The translations under genes were made by a program, and so were the position numbers. Of a stretch of DNA of 64,000 nt, positions 28,101 through 36,715 are shown in pieces (position 1 is the first letter of the stretch; every line of letters begins with the position of its first letter). The notes beneath the pieces were generated by a model. It saw only the letters and a list, made by a program, of their open reading frames with translations, did not search any database and was not told the origin of the DNA. This DNA is from an uncultured delta proteobacterium (GTDB lineage Bacteria; Desulfobacterota; Binatia; Binatales; Binataceae), in contig CAWKKB010000011.1 of assembly GCA_963850125.1 (NCBI GenBank), positions 92,993-156,992 on the forward strand. The letters are read 5' to 3'.

Positions 28101-30844
28101 GGCTGTGCGTTGATTTGGTGATCCTGAACGAGCGGCCGCCGTCGTACCATCAGGAGCTGCAAAGCGCGCTCGAGGGTCTCATCCGGACCGTGCCGGCGCG
28201 ATCTCCCGCCGACGGGCAAGGCTCATGTGGAAATGTGTTCGTGTTGCGCGCCGACCTGGTGTCGGCCGAGCTCCGAAGCGTTCTGCAAACCGCGGCGCGA
28301 GCGGTGTTGCTGAGTCGGCGCGGGACCTTGTCCGAGCAAGTCAAACGGCTCGAGATGTTCGAGCCGGCCGCCGGGCCGCCGCAGCGACGCATACCCGCGA
28401 TACGCCAGGCGGATGTCATAATGCCACGGCGCGACCTCGAATTTTTCAACGGGCTTGGCGGTTTTGCCGACGACGGCCGCGAGTACGTGACCACTCTCGG
28501 CGAAGGACAATGGACGCCGGCGCCGTGGATCAACGTGATCGCGAATCCGTCGTTCGGCTTCCAGGTTTCGGTCGAAGGCGCGGGCTACACCTGGGCAATC
28601 AACAGCCAGCAGCATCAGATTACGCAATGGTCAAACGATCCCGTGTGCGACCGTCCCAGCGAGGTGCTCTACGTTCAGGACCTGGATACCGGCGAGCTGT
28701 GGGGACCCACTGCGTTGCCGATTCGTGAAGATGGTGGGCAGTACGTCGTTCGTCACGGCCACGGCTACAGCATTTTCGAGCACACCTCGCACCGAATTTC
28801 ACTGGAGCTGACGCAGTACGTGCCGTTGGACGATTCAATCAAGATTTCGCGGTTGAAGATTCGCAATCTCTCGCCGCGCGCGCGGCGTCTGTCGGTCACC
28901 GCGTACGTCGAATGGGTGCTCGGCACTTCGCGCGGCGCGTCCGCCCCATACATCGTGACGGAGAGCGAGCCCGAAACGCAGGCGGTACTGGCGCGCAACT
29001 CTTTCAGCATCGAGTATGGAAGCCGGATCGCATTCGCCGACTTGCGTGGCAATCCAGTTTCATGGACTGCGGACCGAACCGAGTTCCTCGGCCGCAACAG
29101 CACGCTCGACAATCCCGCGGCGCTCGCGTCGGGCAAGCCGATGTCAGCCAAGGCAGGAGCCGCGATGGATCCGTGCGCAGCGCTGCAAACCACAGTGTCG
29201 CTCAAACCCAACGGTGCGAGTGAGGTCGTCTTTTTTCTCGGTGAGGCGGCGAGCAGACCGGAAGCGATTGCCTCGATCAAGAAATATCGCGCCGCCGACC
29301 TCGACGCTGTCCTGACCGCGGTCACGCAATACTGGGACGACTTGCTGGGCACGGTGCAGGTCCGGACTCCGGACCGCTCGATGGACATCATGCTCAACCG
29401 ATGGCTGCTGTATCAGACCCTGGCGTGCCGCTTGTGGGCGCGGTCGGCCTTTTACCAGGCGGGAGGGGCGTACGGCTTTCGCGATCAGCTCCAGGATGTG
29501 ATGGCGCTGACTGTAACCCAGCCTTCCCTGACGCGGGAGCATCTGCTTCGCGCCGCGTCCCGCCAGTTTGTCGCGGGCGACGTGCAACATTGGTGGCTGC
29601 CACCCTCGGGACAGGGAGTTCGCACGCGGATCGCCGACGATCGCGTCTGGCTCGCGTATGCTGTCGCTCATTATATCGAGGTGACGGGCGACGCCGGCAT
29701 CCTCGACGAAACGGTCCCGTTCCTCGACGGGGCTCCGCTTCACGCCGGCGAAGTTGAATCGTTTTTTCAGCCCACGGTCTCTGAGCAGCGCGGGACAATC
29801 TTCGAACATTGCGCGCTTGGGCTGGACCAAAGCCTTGCGGTGGGAATCCACGGAATTCCGTTGTTCGGATCGGGCGACTGGAACGATGGCATGAATCGCG
29901 TTGGCGAGGCGGGCAAGGGCGAGAGCGTCTGGCTCGGATGGTTCCTCTACACGACGCTGCAGGAATTCGCGCCGCTGGCGGAGATTCGCCGCGAAGATGC
30001 GCGCGCTTCGGCCTGGCGAAGTCATGCGACTGCGCTGGCGGAATCGCTCGAGCGCGACGGATGGGACGGCAACTGGTATCGGCGCGGTTACTTCGATGAC
30101 GGCACGCCGCTCGGATCGGCCGGCAGTATCGAATGCCGCATCGACTCGATCGCGCAGTCGTGGAGCGTAATCTCCGGTGCCGCGAGTCCGGTCCGCGCCG
30201 CCGCCGCGATGGCCGCAGTCGACCAACACCTGGTCAAGCGCGAGGACGGCCTGGTGCTGCTGCTCACGCCGCCGTTCGATCACACTCCGCGGGACCCCGG
30301 CTATATCAAAGGCTACCCGCCGGGTATCAGGGAGAACGGCGGCCAATATACGCACGGCGCGCTGTGGTCGGTGATCGCGTTTGCGATGCTCGGCGACGGC
30401 GATAAGGCGAGCGAACTGTTCTCGATGCTGAACCCGATCAGTCACGCGAACACGCGCGCCGGAATTCATCGCTACAAGGTCGAGCCTTATGTGGCATGCG
30501 CCGACGTGTACTCGATAGCACCGCACGTCGGGCGCGGAGGATGGACCTGGTACACGGGCTCGGCAGGCTGGATGTATCGCGCGGGGGTCGAGTGGATATT
30601 GGGCTTTCGTCTCCGCGGCAAAACGCTGTTGATCGATCCATGCATCCCGAGCAAATGGCCGGGCTTCGATATTGTTTATCGATACCACGGGACGCGCTAC
30701 GAAATCGCAGTCGAGAATCCTCGCGGTGTGAGTCGCGGAGTGAGCAGCGTCGAGCTGGACGGCCAGGCGCTGGTGCAACGCCCGGCTCAAATCAAGCTCT
30801 CCGACGACGGTGTCACGCATCGCGTGCGGATTATACTTGGGTGA
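22163..30844 (+). CDS. cgs: Cyclic beta-1,2-glucan synthase (Cgs/NdvB/ChvB type)
   Basis: 2893 aa. N-terminus EEPIRAELFSVERLEQHGETLA. TM segments flank a glycosyltransferase core with ITLDADTRLP (DxD) and QHRWARGDWQLLPW. Large C-terminal GH94 (cellobiose/cellobionic phosphorylase-like) region. TTG at 22163 is the only start after the in-frame TAA at 22121. Confidence 0.93.
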   Translation: MSLAFLRAPKAPPSGFAHVEEPIRAELFSVERLEQHGETLAVAQRVTDSPEGGRPIVARVRENGRVLLEAYRSIAVAIREERAITPAAEWLVDNFHVVEEQIREIRDDLPRGFYRQLPKLADGPLEGYPRVFGIAWAYVAHTDSHFDTQTLARFVQAYQRVQPLTIGELWAVAITLRIVLVENLRRAAEQIGRGRAQRQAADTLADRLLGSNGRDPEPAEAVFKDFDQSPIAAAFAVEMVQRLRDQDSKVTPALNWLDQRLAAEGTTAEEIVRQVHQGQGAMNVTVRNVITSMRLMSAVDWADFFESVSQVDAVLRADSDFAAMDFATRDRYRHAIEKLALGSGHTEIEVAQSAIDSAKSAAAEKPNGDGVIARREHHPGYYLISEGRHQLEEKLGFHAPLRDWIARANAAAGIKGYLGTIAVVTALIVACGLIAIADARIGGWTRFILAMLAIIPAMDAAVAIVNRAVTTVIGPALIPALELHDGVPPSLRTIVVMPTLLTTGAEIDEQIERLEVHYLASPDGELYFALLSDWTDSATETALGDDDLLAAAAAGIAQLNHRHGPGPAGARFLLLHRRRVWDAAEGVWMGHERKRGKLHELNRLLRGGTDTTFVASDGHAPAVPDGVRYVITLDADTRLPRGAAKRMVGKMAHPLNAPLFDQHLGRVVEGHGLLQPRITASLPTGRDGSVFQRVFSSAAGIDPYAFAVSDVYQDLLDEGSYSGKGIYDVDVFEAALAGRVPDDTLLSHDLFEGTFARSGLASDIELVEEFPSRYDVAAARQHRWARGDWQLLPWILGRAHASNADPAGLQPRDGRSSMPALGRWKMIDNLRRTLSAPMTLLALIAGWTLPPAGAAMWTAFIVATIATAPMLPFVTGIIPRRRDISKRSHILAVGKDLMSGMSQLAMMLTLLAHQAWLMSDAISRTLYRLYVSHRLMLEWTTAAKAKRTRRLDVRGFYATMAGAIVLTAVAAVFVEFKGHGGAMVAAPFVILWMLSPAIARWASLPPPSAGAKPLSPADTMTLRLTARRTWRFFEKFVTAEDNMLPPDNFQEDPKPVLAHRTSPTNIGLYLLSVVAAHDFGWIGTHETIERLSATLDTMKRMELFRGHFYNWYGTRDLRPLDPKYVSSVDSGNLAGHLIALGNALREMIARPVVDRQWLNGVEDSIALLRESVGALRDDQRSHTVTPKQLEEALGTMAPLIPSNPHSVSELRAWLEELAADSDSIADIARALKLERDDPAADDVLGWAEALRACIGSHQRDAELLQPLATDGQTPESIPKLGDLADLYSDAASVRAGEAARALERRITELAATAGKMFDAMKFDFLLDPARQLLSIGYRVSGGSLDPNCYDLLASEARLASFVAIAKGEVAARHWFRLGRAMTPVDRGSALISWSGSMFEYLMPSLVMRAPVGSLLEQTNRLVVRRQMKYGAELGIPWGVSESAYNARDLELTYQYSNFGVPGLGLKRGLSENAVIAPYATALAAMVDPEAAAQNFSRLLDAGGLGHFGWYEALDYTPSRVPEGESVAVVRAYMAHHQGMTLVAIADALNRGAMRARFHAEPIIQATELLLQERTPRDVAVARPRAEEVKAEANVRESTPPTVRRFHSPHDLIPRTHLLSNGNYTVMITAAGSGFSRWREMAVTRWREDVTCDSWGTYIFIRDVHSGKVWSAGFQPAGVEADSYEVEFSEDRAEIVRRDGTMTTTLEVAVSAEDDAEVRRVSITNLGSRVREVELTSYAEIVLATEASDTAHPAFSKMFVQTEFDPEVGAILATRRLRSPADAPVWATHLAVAEGESVGEMQFETDRARFLGRGRNLRDAVSVIDGRPLSDTVGTVLDPIFSVRRRMRIPAGATARVAFWTIVAPSRSEALDLVDKHRDSNAFERAVTLAWTQAQVQLHHLRVDADEAHLFQRIANRVLYSDPTLRPSSDLLRRGEGGQSKLWPAGISGDLPIVLVRIDETEDLEIVRELVRAHEYWRMKRLCVDLVILNERPPSYHQELQSALEGLIRTVPARSPADGQGSCGNVFVLRADLVSAELRSVLQTAARAVLLSRRGTLSEQVKRLEMFEPAAGPPQRRIPAIRQADVIMPRRDLEFFNGLGGFADDGREYVTTLGEGQWTPAPWINVIANPSFGFQVSVEGAGYTWAINSQQHQITQWSNDPVCDRPSEVLYVQDLDTGELWGPTALPIREDGGQYVVRHGHGYSIFEHTSHRISLELTQYVPLDDSIKISRLKIRNLSPRARRLSVTAYVEWVLGTSRGASAPYIVTESEPETQAVLARNSFSIEYGSRIAFADLRGNPVSWTADRTEFLGRNSTLDNPAALASGKPMSAKAGAAMDPCAALQTTVSLKPNGASEVVFFLGEAASRPEAIASIKKYRAADLDAVLTAVTQYWDDLLGTVQVRTPDRSMDIMLNRWLLYQTLACRLWARSAFYQAGGAYGFRDQLQDVMALTVTQPSLTREHLLRAASRQFVAGDVQHWWLPPSGQGVRTRIADDRVWLAYAVAHYIEVTGDAGILDETVPFLDGAPLHAGEVESFFQPTVSEQRGTIFEHCALGLDQSLAVGIHGIPLFGSGDWNDGMNRVGEAGKGESVWLGWFLYTTLQEFAPLAEIRREDARASAWRSHATALAESLERDGWDGNWYRRGYFDDGTPLGSAGSIECRIDSIAQSWSVISGAASPVRAAAAMAAVDQHLVKREDGLVLLLTPPFDHTPRDPGYIKGYPPGIRENGGQYTHGALWSVIAFAMLGDGDKASELFSMLNPISHANTRAGIHRYKVEPYVACADVYSIAPHVGRGGWTWYTGSAGWMYRAGVEWILGFRLRGKTLLIDPCIPSKWPGFDIVYRYHGTRYEIAVENPRGVSRGVSSVELDGQALVQRPAQIKLSDDGVTHRVRIILG

Positions 30845-30930
30845 TTTGTGTGATCGCCGAAGGTGCAAAATGAGTCTTCGCCATGCTATTGGTCGCCAGT
30901 CCGCGGACGCGGGGTGGATAGCACCGAGCG

Positions 30931-31938
30931 ATGAAAGCAGGCGTTCTTCAATTCTTCAGCTGGCCGGAGCGGCGCGTCGCTATCGAGACAGTCTACGAGC
31001 GCGCGCTGAATCGAATCGAAATAATGGAGAGCTCCGGCTACGATGCGGTGTGGCTCGCTGAGCATCACTTCCATTCGTTCAGCGTGTGTCCGTCGGTGCA
31101 CATGATGGGTCTGCAGGTGGCGGCCCGCACCCGGCGGCTGCGGATCGGAACGGCGGTCTCGCTCGCCGCGTTCTATCATCCGCTGCGACTGGCCGAAGAG
31201 GTCGCGCTGCTCGACATCTTTTCGGGTGGGCGCGTGAACTGGGGCGCGGGACGTGGCTTCGATAGAACTGAGTTCCGGGCATTCGGGGTTACACCGGAAG
31301 AAAGCGCTGAGCGTTTCCAGGAGTCAGTCGAAATCGTGCTGAAGGCGTGGAGCAATGAGCGGCTGACGCACCAGGGGCGCTATTACAGTTTTGACAATGT
31401 CGAGGTCCTGCCCAAGCCGCGGCAAAAGCCGCATCCTCCCGTCTGGCTGGCCGCATCTTCGGAAGAAGCGATAAGGCGGGCGGCGGCGAAGGGCTTCACA
31501 ATCCTGATGGATCCGCACTCGTCGCATCGCGAAATTGCGCGCAAGCACGAGTTGTATCGCGCGGGACTCGAGTCCGGCGGCCGATCGATTGCGGGACGCG
31601 AGATTCCGATCGCGCGGTTCGTTGCGATCGCAAACACCCCGCGCGAGGCGGAAGAAGTCGCGCGGCGCGGCGCGCGATGGGTCGTCGGCTCGTATGCGCA
31701 TCCCCAGAATGCCGACGCATCGAAGCTACAGGGGATCGATCCGAAGATGCCCGAATCGAGCGCTGATCCTGCCGAACGCTACCTCAATGGCGTGATCATT
31801 TACGGGACGCCTGATGCGGTAGTCGACGAACTTACACGCTTGCGGGAGGAGATGTTCCTCGAATATTTGCTTTGCGCGCCTTTGAGCCACGAGTCGTTCA
31901 CTCTTTTCACCGACAAGGTGCTTCCCCGCGTGGCTTAG
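30931..31938 (+). CDS. LLM-class (luciferase-like) flavin-dependent oxidoreductase
   Basis: 335 aa. MKAGVLQFFSW...GYDAVWLAEHHF..., TIM-barrel LLM pattern. Confidence 0.88.
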   Translation: MKAGVLQFFSWPERRVAIETVYERALNRIEIMESSGYDAVWLAEHHFHSFSVCPSVHMMGLQVAARTRRLRIGTAVSLAAFYHPLRLAEEVALLDIFSGGRVNWGAGRGFDRTEFRAFGVTPEESAERFQESVEIVLKAWSNERLTHQGRYYSFDNVEVLPKPRQKPHPPVWLAASSEEAIRRAAAKGFTILMDPHSSHREIARKHELYRAGLESGGRSIAGREIPIARFVAIANTPREAEEVARRGARWVVGSYAHPQNADASKLQGIDPKMPESSADPAERYLNGVIIYGTPDAVVDELTRLREEMFLEYLLCAPLSHESFTLFTDKVLPRVA

Positions 31939-31969
31939 GAATGAGATTTGATGCGCGAAGGCGTTCGAG

Positions 31970-32452
31970 CTACTGCGCACGCTGAGGCGAAGTTTTTTCA
32001 GCCTGTTGCTTGGTGGTGTCGGCGTCGCCGCACAGATATTTGCGGTAGACCGACAAAGCGGGGTCTTGCGATGCTTTGACTGTGCTCTTCGGATCGTTGC
32101 GCCAATCTCCAACCTCAACGCACATGTACTTGATGTTTTTCGAACAATCGTACGCATCCTTCATGAAACCGACCTTGCCGATTTCCTCGGGTCGCGACAC
32201 GTTGGAGCTTTCGTTGAAATAGATCAGGCCGTCATCGCCACGGTGGACGGACGCGGGGTCGAGGTACGCGTGACCGGGGTCTCCTTCGAGGTTGAGCGAT
32301 TTGGTCGCTGGCTCCTCGACCCAACCGTCCTTGCCCGACCACTGCGCTTCGGCGCGATTCGAAAAGACGAGGACCATCAGAATCGCGAGCGTCCAAATCC
32401 GATTGCATCCGCGCGATTCCTGCCACCGCGCCGATTCATCCGGGATTTGCAT
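31970..32452 (-). CDS. Secreted hypothetical protein
   Basis: 160 aa. Hydrophobic signal-like segment IWTLAILMVLVFSNRAEAQ, four Cys in the mature part. Loose resemblance to adhesin-E-like domains, not relied on. Confidence 0.6.
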   Translation of the reverse strand: MQIPDESARWQESRGCNRIWTLAILMVLVFSNRAEAQWSGKDGWVEEPATKSLNLEGDPGHAYLDPASVHRGDDGLIYFNESSNVSRPEEIGKVGFMKDAYDCSKNIKYMCVEVGDWRNDPKSTVKASQDPALSVYRKYLCGDADTTKQQAEKTSPQRAQ

Positions 32453-32483
32453 CGTGGTTCTACGTTAGAGCGCCCGGATCCAG

Positions 32484-33773
32484 TCAGGCGCCCACCTTCT
32501 GCACCAGATCAACACCGAACTGTTGCGAAGCGTTCCCGCCGAGCATTCGAGCCATCGTTGACTCCGCGATATTCGCTTGGGTCATCTTGTCGATCGCGTC
32601 CCATGCGCTGGTCGTATCCTGATGCGGATAGCGCGAGCCCCACACGATTTTCGCGGCGAAATCCTCGGGCAGCTTGAGAATCAGCCGCTCCTCAGCGTCG
32701 AAGCCGAGCATGATATTGCCTTCCTTCCACATCTCTTCGGTATCGGTCCGCACCGGATAGTAGTGCAGGAGCGGAATCGTGCGCGTCGACGCTTCCATCT
32801 TCTCCAGCACTTCTTCCATCCACGATGCCTTGCCGTGCGCGACCACCATTTTCATGTTGGGATGGCGCTGCATCACGGTGAATCCGATCAGCGTCGATGC
32901 GACGAACATGTGATTGTCGAGCCACGGCGCCAGGATCTGCGCGATCGGATGTCCGAGTGGCGGCGACGCGGTGAAGCCGAACGCTATATCCGATCCACCG
33001 CCGGCCGCAGGACCGCCGCCTTCAGCCGCAGTGAACGAACGATGGTTAAGCCGGGTCTTTATCTTCTCGAAGAAGGGACCGTGCGAAGTCCACTCCGGAT
33101 TCCACATCCCGACAGCAGGATGCACCGCGACGGTCGTGCCCAGGCTCTCCAGCTCTGCCCACAGCGGATCATAAATCGGATGCGTGAAGTAGTGGCCTTC
33201 GAGAAACATCGGCCGGATGAACGCGGCGCGAAAACACGGAATCTTCGCGGTGCGGCGAAGCTCGTCGACGGCATAGTCGATGTTCTGCAGCGGAACCATC
33301 GAGGCGGCGAACAGCCTCTCCGGCGCGGCTTTGCAGAAGTCCGCAATCCAGTCGTTGTAGGCGCGCGCGAGTGCATACGCGACGTCGGGATCCTCTACCA
33401 GGTGGAAGCCCTCGGCGAACCAGGTCGGATAGAGCAGCGCCTGATCGATGCCCATCGCGTCCATGTCGCGAAGCCGCGCCTCGGCGCTCGATGCGCCCGC
33501 GGTCGCCGCGTGCCGAGTACCAGGATCGAGCTCGCCGACCTTGTCCCAGGTCATCCCGGGCCGCCAGATCGCGTGACGCGGGATGTTGGGATTCATCGTG
33601 TCGCGGAAGACCTTGCCGTTGACCTTCAGGTACGAGCTGTTCTTTCCGTCTTCACGCCACAGCGCGGATTTCCCGAGCGTGCGAAACTCCGGGTCCAGGT
33701 ATTTGCTCCATAACTCCGGCGACTCGACGACGTGCGAGTCGCTATCAAAAACCGCAAACTGTTTGTGCGCCAT
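32484..33773 (-). CDS. Amidohydrolase_2 (ACMSD/LigW-like metal-dependent hydrolase/decarboxylase) family protein
   Basis: 429 aa. N-terminal FDSDSHVVESPELW metal-binding HxH-type motif region, TIM-barrel amidohydrolase pattern. Confidence 0.85.
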   Translation of the reverse strand: MAHKQFAVFDSDSHVVESPELWSKYLDPEFRTLGKSALWREDGKNSSYLKVNGKVFRDTMNPNIPRHAIWRPGMTWDKVGELDPGTRHAATAGASSAEARLRDMDAMGIDQALLYPTWFAEGFHLVEDPDVAYALARAYNDWIADFCKAAPERLFAASMVPLQNIDYAVDELRRTAKIPCFRAAFIRPMFLEGHYFTHPIYDPLWAELESLGTTVAVHPAVGMWNPEWTSHGPFFEKIKTRLNHRSFTAAEGGGPAAGGGSDIAFGFTASPPLGHPIAQILAPWLDNHMFVASTLIGFTVMQRHPNMKMVVAHGKASWMEEVLEKMEASTRTIPLLHYYPVRTDTEEMWKEGNIMLGFDAEERLILKLPEDFAAKIVWGSRYPHQDTTSAWDAIDKMTQANIAESTMARMLGGNASQQFGVDLVQKVGA

Positions 33774-33793
33774 CTTCGTCTTCCGCGAGGCCT

Positions 33794-35182
33794 CTAGTAC
33801 CTAATCACCGACGCTTCGGGCTTTAGCGATTGCCTGACCTCTTCCTCGGTCGGCCACCAGTCTGGCCGCTCGATCTCGGTGACGCGATCGGCGATGAACT
33901 TTTTGGGCGCATCGATCCTGTACAGCTTGCGCGCGTTGCCGCCGAGGAACTTGGCTTGATACGGTTCAGGCAGTTCGCATTTACGCATCGTATCGAGCGC
34001 GCGCCAGGCGTCGTCGCCGTCGTGATGGTAGACGTCGGACGACCACGCCAAAATGTTTTCGTAAAATTCCGGCAGACGCGAAGGCGGAGCTTCGTCGCCC
34101 TCGAAACCGGTGACGCAGCGCTCGAAGAATGTCTCGCTCGGCAGTTTCTTCAGCGGACGCAGGCGTCGCTCGTTGCGGTAGAGCTTATAGTTCTTGTCGC
34201 ATTCGTCGAGGATAAAGCTGAGCCACGTCGACGACGCTTCGAAGACCGCGGCCTTCAGCTTCGGAAAGCGGTCGAAGAATCCCGACATCAGCACCATCAC
34301 GACCCATAGCGATGCTTCCGCCTGGAAATCCTGCACGTTGATCAGAAACGAATGCGGCAGGCCCGACGAGGTCGCCGTCAGCGAAATCAACTCGGCGCCC
34401 GAGTGCTGTTCGGTGTAGCCCGGCGGCTTGAGCGATCCGAAGGCCGGAAACGGATGCATCCCGTAAACCACGCCGGTCTCTTCCATCGCGCGCCACACTC
34501 GATCGTATTTGGGCTGAATCGGATAATTGCCCATCGCGTCGATCGGCCGCACCAGGCCGACGCGGCATCCCTTGTCCGCGACGCGATACACTTCCTGCTC
34601 CGCGAACTTGGGATCCTGCATCGGCAGCATCGCCGCGAAATAAAGCCGCTCGGGATTTTCCTGGCAGTACTCGTATGCCCAATCGTTGTACGCCTTACAC
34701 ATCGCCTTGGCGCCGACGGCGTTGAGCAGCCACGGGTAGGTGTCGATGTCGGTCGGGATGATCATCACCTGATCGATACCCTGCACATCCATGTCGCGCA
34801 GGCGCGGCTTGGGCTCGTAGGAACCCCTATGATCGATGTACTCGGCCTGTTCCTTGGTGAGCGCGGTTTTGGAATTGAGATTGCGGACGTTGAGCGCGCG
34901 CTGAATATCGTGCTTGAGACCCGGGCCCGCGAGCGACAACACGTTGACCATCCCAGCCGCTCCGCCGATACGCTGCGAGCCGATCCCCGCACCGCCCTTG
35001 CCGTTGACGATTAGCTGATCGGATTCAGGATCGTACCAGATGGTATTTTTCAGGGCTTCGTATTCGTCTTTGGTCAGCCAGTCTTTCGCGCGCTCCCAGA
35101 GCCAAGGCGGCTCCGTCACGTGAGCATCGCAATCGAAGGTCGGGAAGTATTTCGTCATGGGCGCGAATTTCTGAATCGGCAT
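33794..35182 (-). CDS. Amidohydrolase_2 family protein (paralogue of 32484-33773)
   Basis: 462 aa. FDCDAHVTEPPWLWE at the N-terminus. Co-linear similarity to the neighbouring gene (e.g. RLRDMD..GID, AYNDW...C). Confidence 0.85.
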   Translation of the reverse strand: MPIQKFAPMTKYFPTFDCDAHVTEPPWLWERAKDWLTKDEYEALKNTIWYDPESDQLIVNGKGGAGIGSQRIGGAAGMVNVLSLAGPGLKHDIQRALNVRNLNSKTALTKEQAEYIDHRGSYEPKPRLRDMDVQGIDQVMIIPTDIDTYPWLLNAVGAKAMCKAYNDWAYEYCQENPERLYFAAMLPMQDPKFAEQEVYRVADKGCRVGLVRPIDAMGNYPIQPKYDRVWRAMEETGVVYGMHPFPAFGSLKPPGYTEQHSGAELISLTATSSGLPHSFLINVQDFQAEASLWVVMVLMSGFFDRFPKLKAAVFEASSTWLSFILDECDKNYKLYRNERRLRPLKKLPSETFFERCVTGFEGDEAPPSRLPEFYENILAWSSDVYHHDGDDAWRALDTMRKCELPEPYQAKFLGGNARKLYRIDAPKKFIADRVTEIERPDWWPTEEEVRQSLKPEASVIRY

Positions 35183-35232
35183 ACAGCACCTCGGTCGTTG
35201 TATTTACGACTACTCAGTTGATTAGCAAGTTA

Positions 35233-36231
35233 CTATTCAGTCTCGAGCCACGTTGCGGGCATCGTGATCGCACCATGATGCGCAAAGACCGCATCGATCT
35301 CTTTCATATCCGCCTCGGAGATTGACCAGCCGGTTGCGCCGACGTTGTCGTCGACTTCGCGCGGATTGCGGCATCCCACCAGCGCCGTGCTAATGACGGG
35401 GTTCGACAGTGTCCAGCGTAGCGCAAGCTGCGGCAGCGTCTTGTTGTATCGTTTCGCGATCGGCTTCAGATCCTCGACGGCGCGCAGATTGTTGAGAAAG
35501 TGATCGGGACCGAAGAGATGCTGAAACAGGTTGATGTTGCCTAGGCTGCCGCGACGCGAGCGCCAGTCGCCTTTCTCGAATGCCGACTCCTCGCTGAGCG
35601 TGCCGGTCAGCATTCCGTAGGCGAGCGAGCCGTAGGCCATCACGCCGATGCCATTCTCGCGGCAGTATGGGAAGATTTCCTTTTGCATGCGGCGGTCGAA
35701 CATGTTCCAGCAGTACTGGACGACGTCGACGCGCCGCGTGCGCGCGCATCGTTCGATCTCGCTCAGCTTGAAGTTTGACAAGCCAACCGCCCTGACCTTG
35801 CCCTGCTTTACCAGCTCGTCGAGCGCCTGCATCGGCTCTTCGAATGGCGTGATTCTATCGGGCCAGTGGATCAGGTAGACGTCGACATAATCGGTGTTAA
35901 GCGCCTTGAGGCTTTTTTCGATCGACTCGACCACGCGCTTGCGGGTGCTGTCGCGATAATTGGGCGCGTCGGGATAGCCGACGCCGAACTTGGTCGTGAT
36001 TATGGCTTCCTTGCGGCGCGAGCCGAGCGCTTTCGCCAGCGATTTTTCCGATGCGCCGAAGCCGTACGCCTCGGCAGTGTCGAAGCAATTGATGCCGAGA
36101 TCGAGCGCGCGGTTAACCGCCTTGACGAACTCGGACTCTTCGATGCTGCCGTAGCCGCCGCCAATCTCCCAGCATCCAAAGCCGACGGCGGAGATCTGAA
36201 TTCCGGTCTGGCCAAATGGTCGGAGTTCCAT
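35233..36231 (-). CDS. Aldo/keto reductase
   Basis: 332 aa. MELRPFGQTGIQISAVGFGCWEIGG, ...FDTAEAYG..., ...YLIHWPD... Confidence 0.92.
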   Translation of the reverse strand: MELRPFGQTGIQISAVGFGCWEIGGGYGSIEESEFVKAVNRALDLGINCFDTAEAYGFGASEKSLAKALGSRRKEAIITTKFGVGYPDAPNYRDSTRKRVVESIEKSLKALNTDYVDVYLIHWPDRITPFEEPMQALDELVKQGKVRAVGLSNFKLSEIERCARTRRVDVVQYCWNMFDRRMQKEIFPYCRENGIGVMAYGSLAYGMLTGTLSEESAFEKGDWRSRRGSLGNINLFQHLFGPDHFLNNLRAVEDLKPIAKRYNKTLPQLALRWTLSNPVISTALVGCRNPREVDDNVGATGWSISEADMKEIDAVFAHHGAITMPATWLETE

Positions 36232-36313
36232 ATTGCTGCCTCCGCATACCGATCGTTCAAGAGTTCACGCTAGTGCCGAATCAAGTTTTTTTCAATCAAG
36301 AAACACCGGCGGC

Positions 36314-36376
36314 TGTACGCCCGGTATGGCCGCTGGCGTGACGGATCGGCTATGGTCGGTCGGGGAGTTGATCGAG
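36314..36376 (+). mobile_element. Remnant of a transposase C-terminal tail
   Basis: Encodes CTPGMAAGVTDRLWSVGELIE. The TPxMAAGxTDxxWxxxEL string is, from memory, a recurrent C-terminal tail of IS-family transposases. No upstream transposase body is present (the AKR start lies at 36231 on the other strand). Confidence 0.35.
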
Positions 36377-36391
36377 GCGACTCATTCGACG

Positions 36392-36628
36392 ATGGGAATC
36401 TCGCGCACGTTTCGTAGGCTGAGCGTTCTGGCAGCGTTGCTGGGGTTTCTGGTCTGGCTCATGTCGTCCTTTTTTGTTGTTGTGGATACATTCGATCCTC
36501 GACACCCGCCGACGATCTGGAAGGTTTTGGTTCCTAATCTGCTACTAGCGCTCCCGTTTGTCTGTTTGCCAGCGATGACGGTTTTGTTAGCGGGTTGGGC
36601 GGTCGCGAGACTGCAAAATCGAAATTAG
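36392..36628 (+). CDS. Candidate small two-TM membrane protein (78 aa)
   Basis: MGISRTFRRLSVLAALLGFLVWLMSSFFVVV...LVPNLLLALPFVCLPAMTVLLAGWAV. Lower-GC segment, in frame with the transposase-tail remnant. No family recognised. Confidence 0.3.
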   Translation: MGISRTFRRLSVLAALLGFLVWLMSSFFVVVDTFDPRHPPTIWKVLVPNLLLALPFVCLPAMTVLLAGWAVARLQNRN

Positions 36629-36715
36629 GACACTACCCACCGGCTCGATTGGTTTGACGAGTCGATGAAGGGTTCGATAGCCTCTGTTCCGGGACGGCCA
36701 CAGCTTTCGGATCGA

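Noticed and set aside
24137-30868. Series of long minus-strand ORFs (24137-25099, 26018-27010, 27014-28219, 29144-30868) and plus-strand off-frame ORFs within cgs
   Set aside because: All overlap the 2893-aa glucan synthase frame, which has clear GT and GH94 motifs. Their compositions are Arg/Pro/Gly-dominated.
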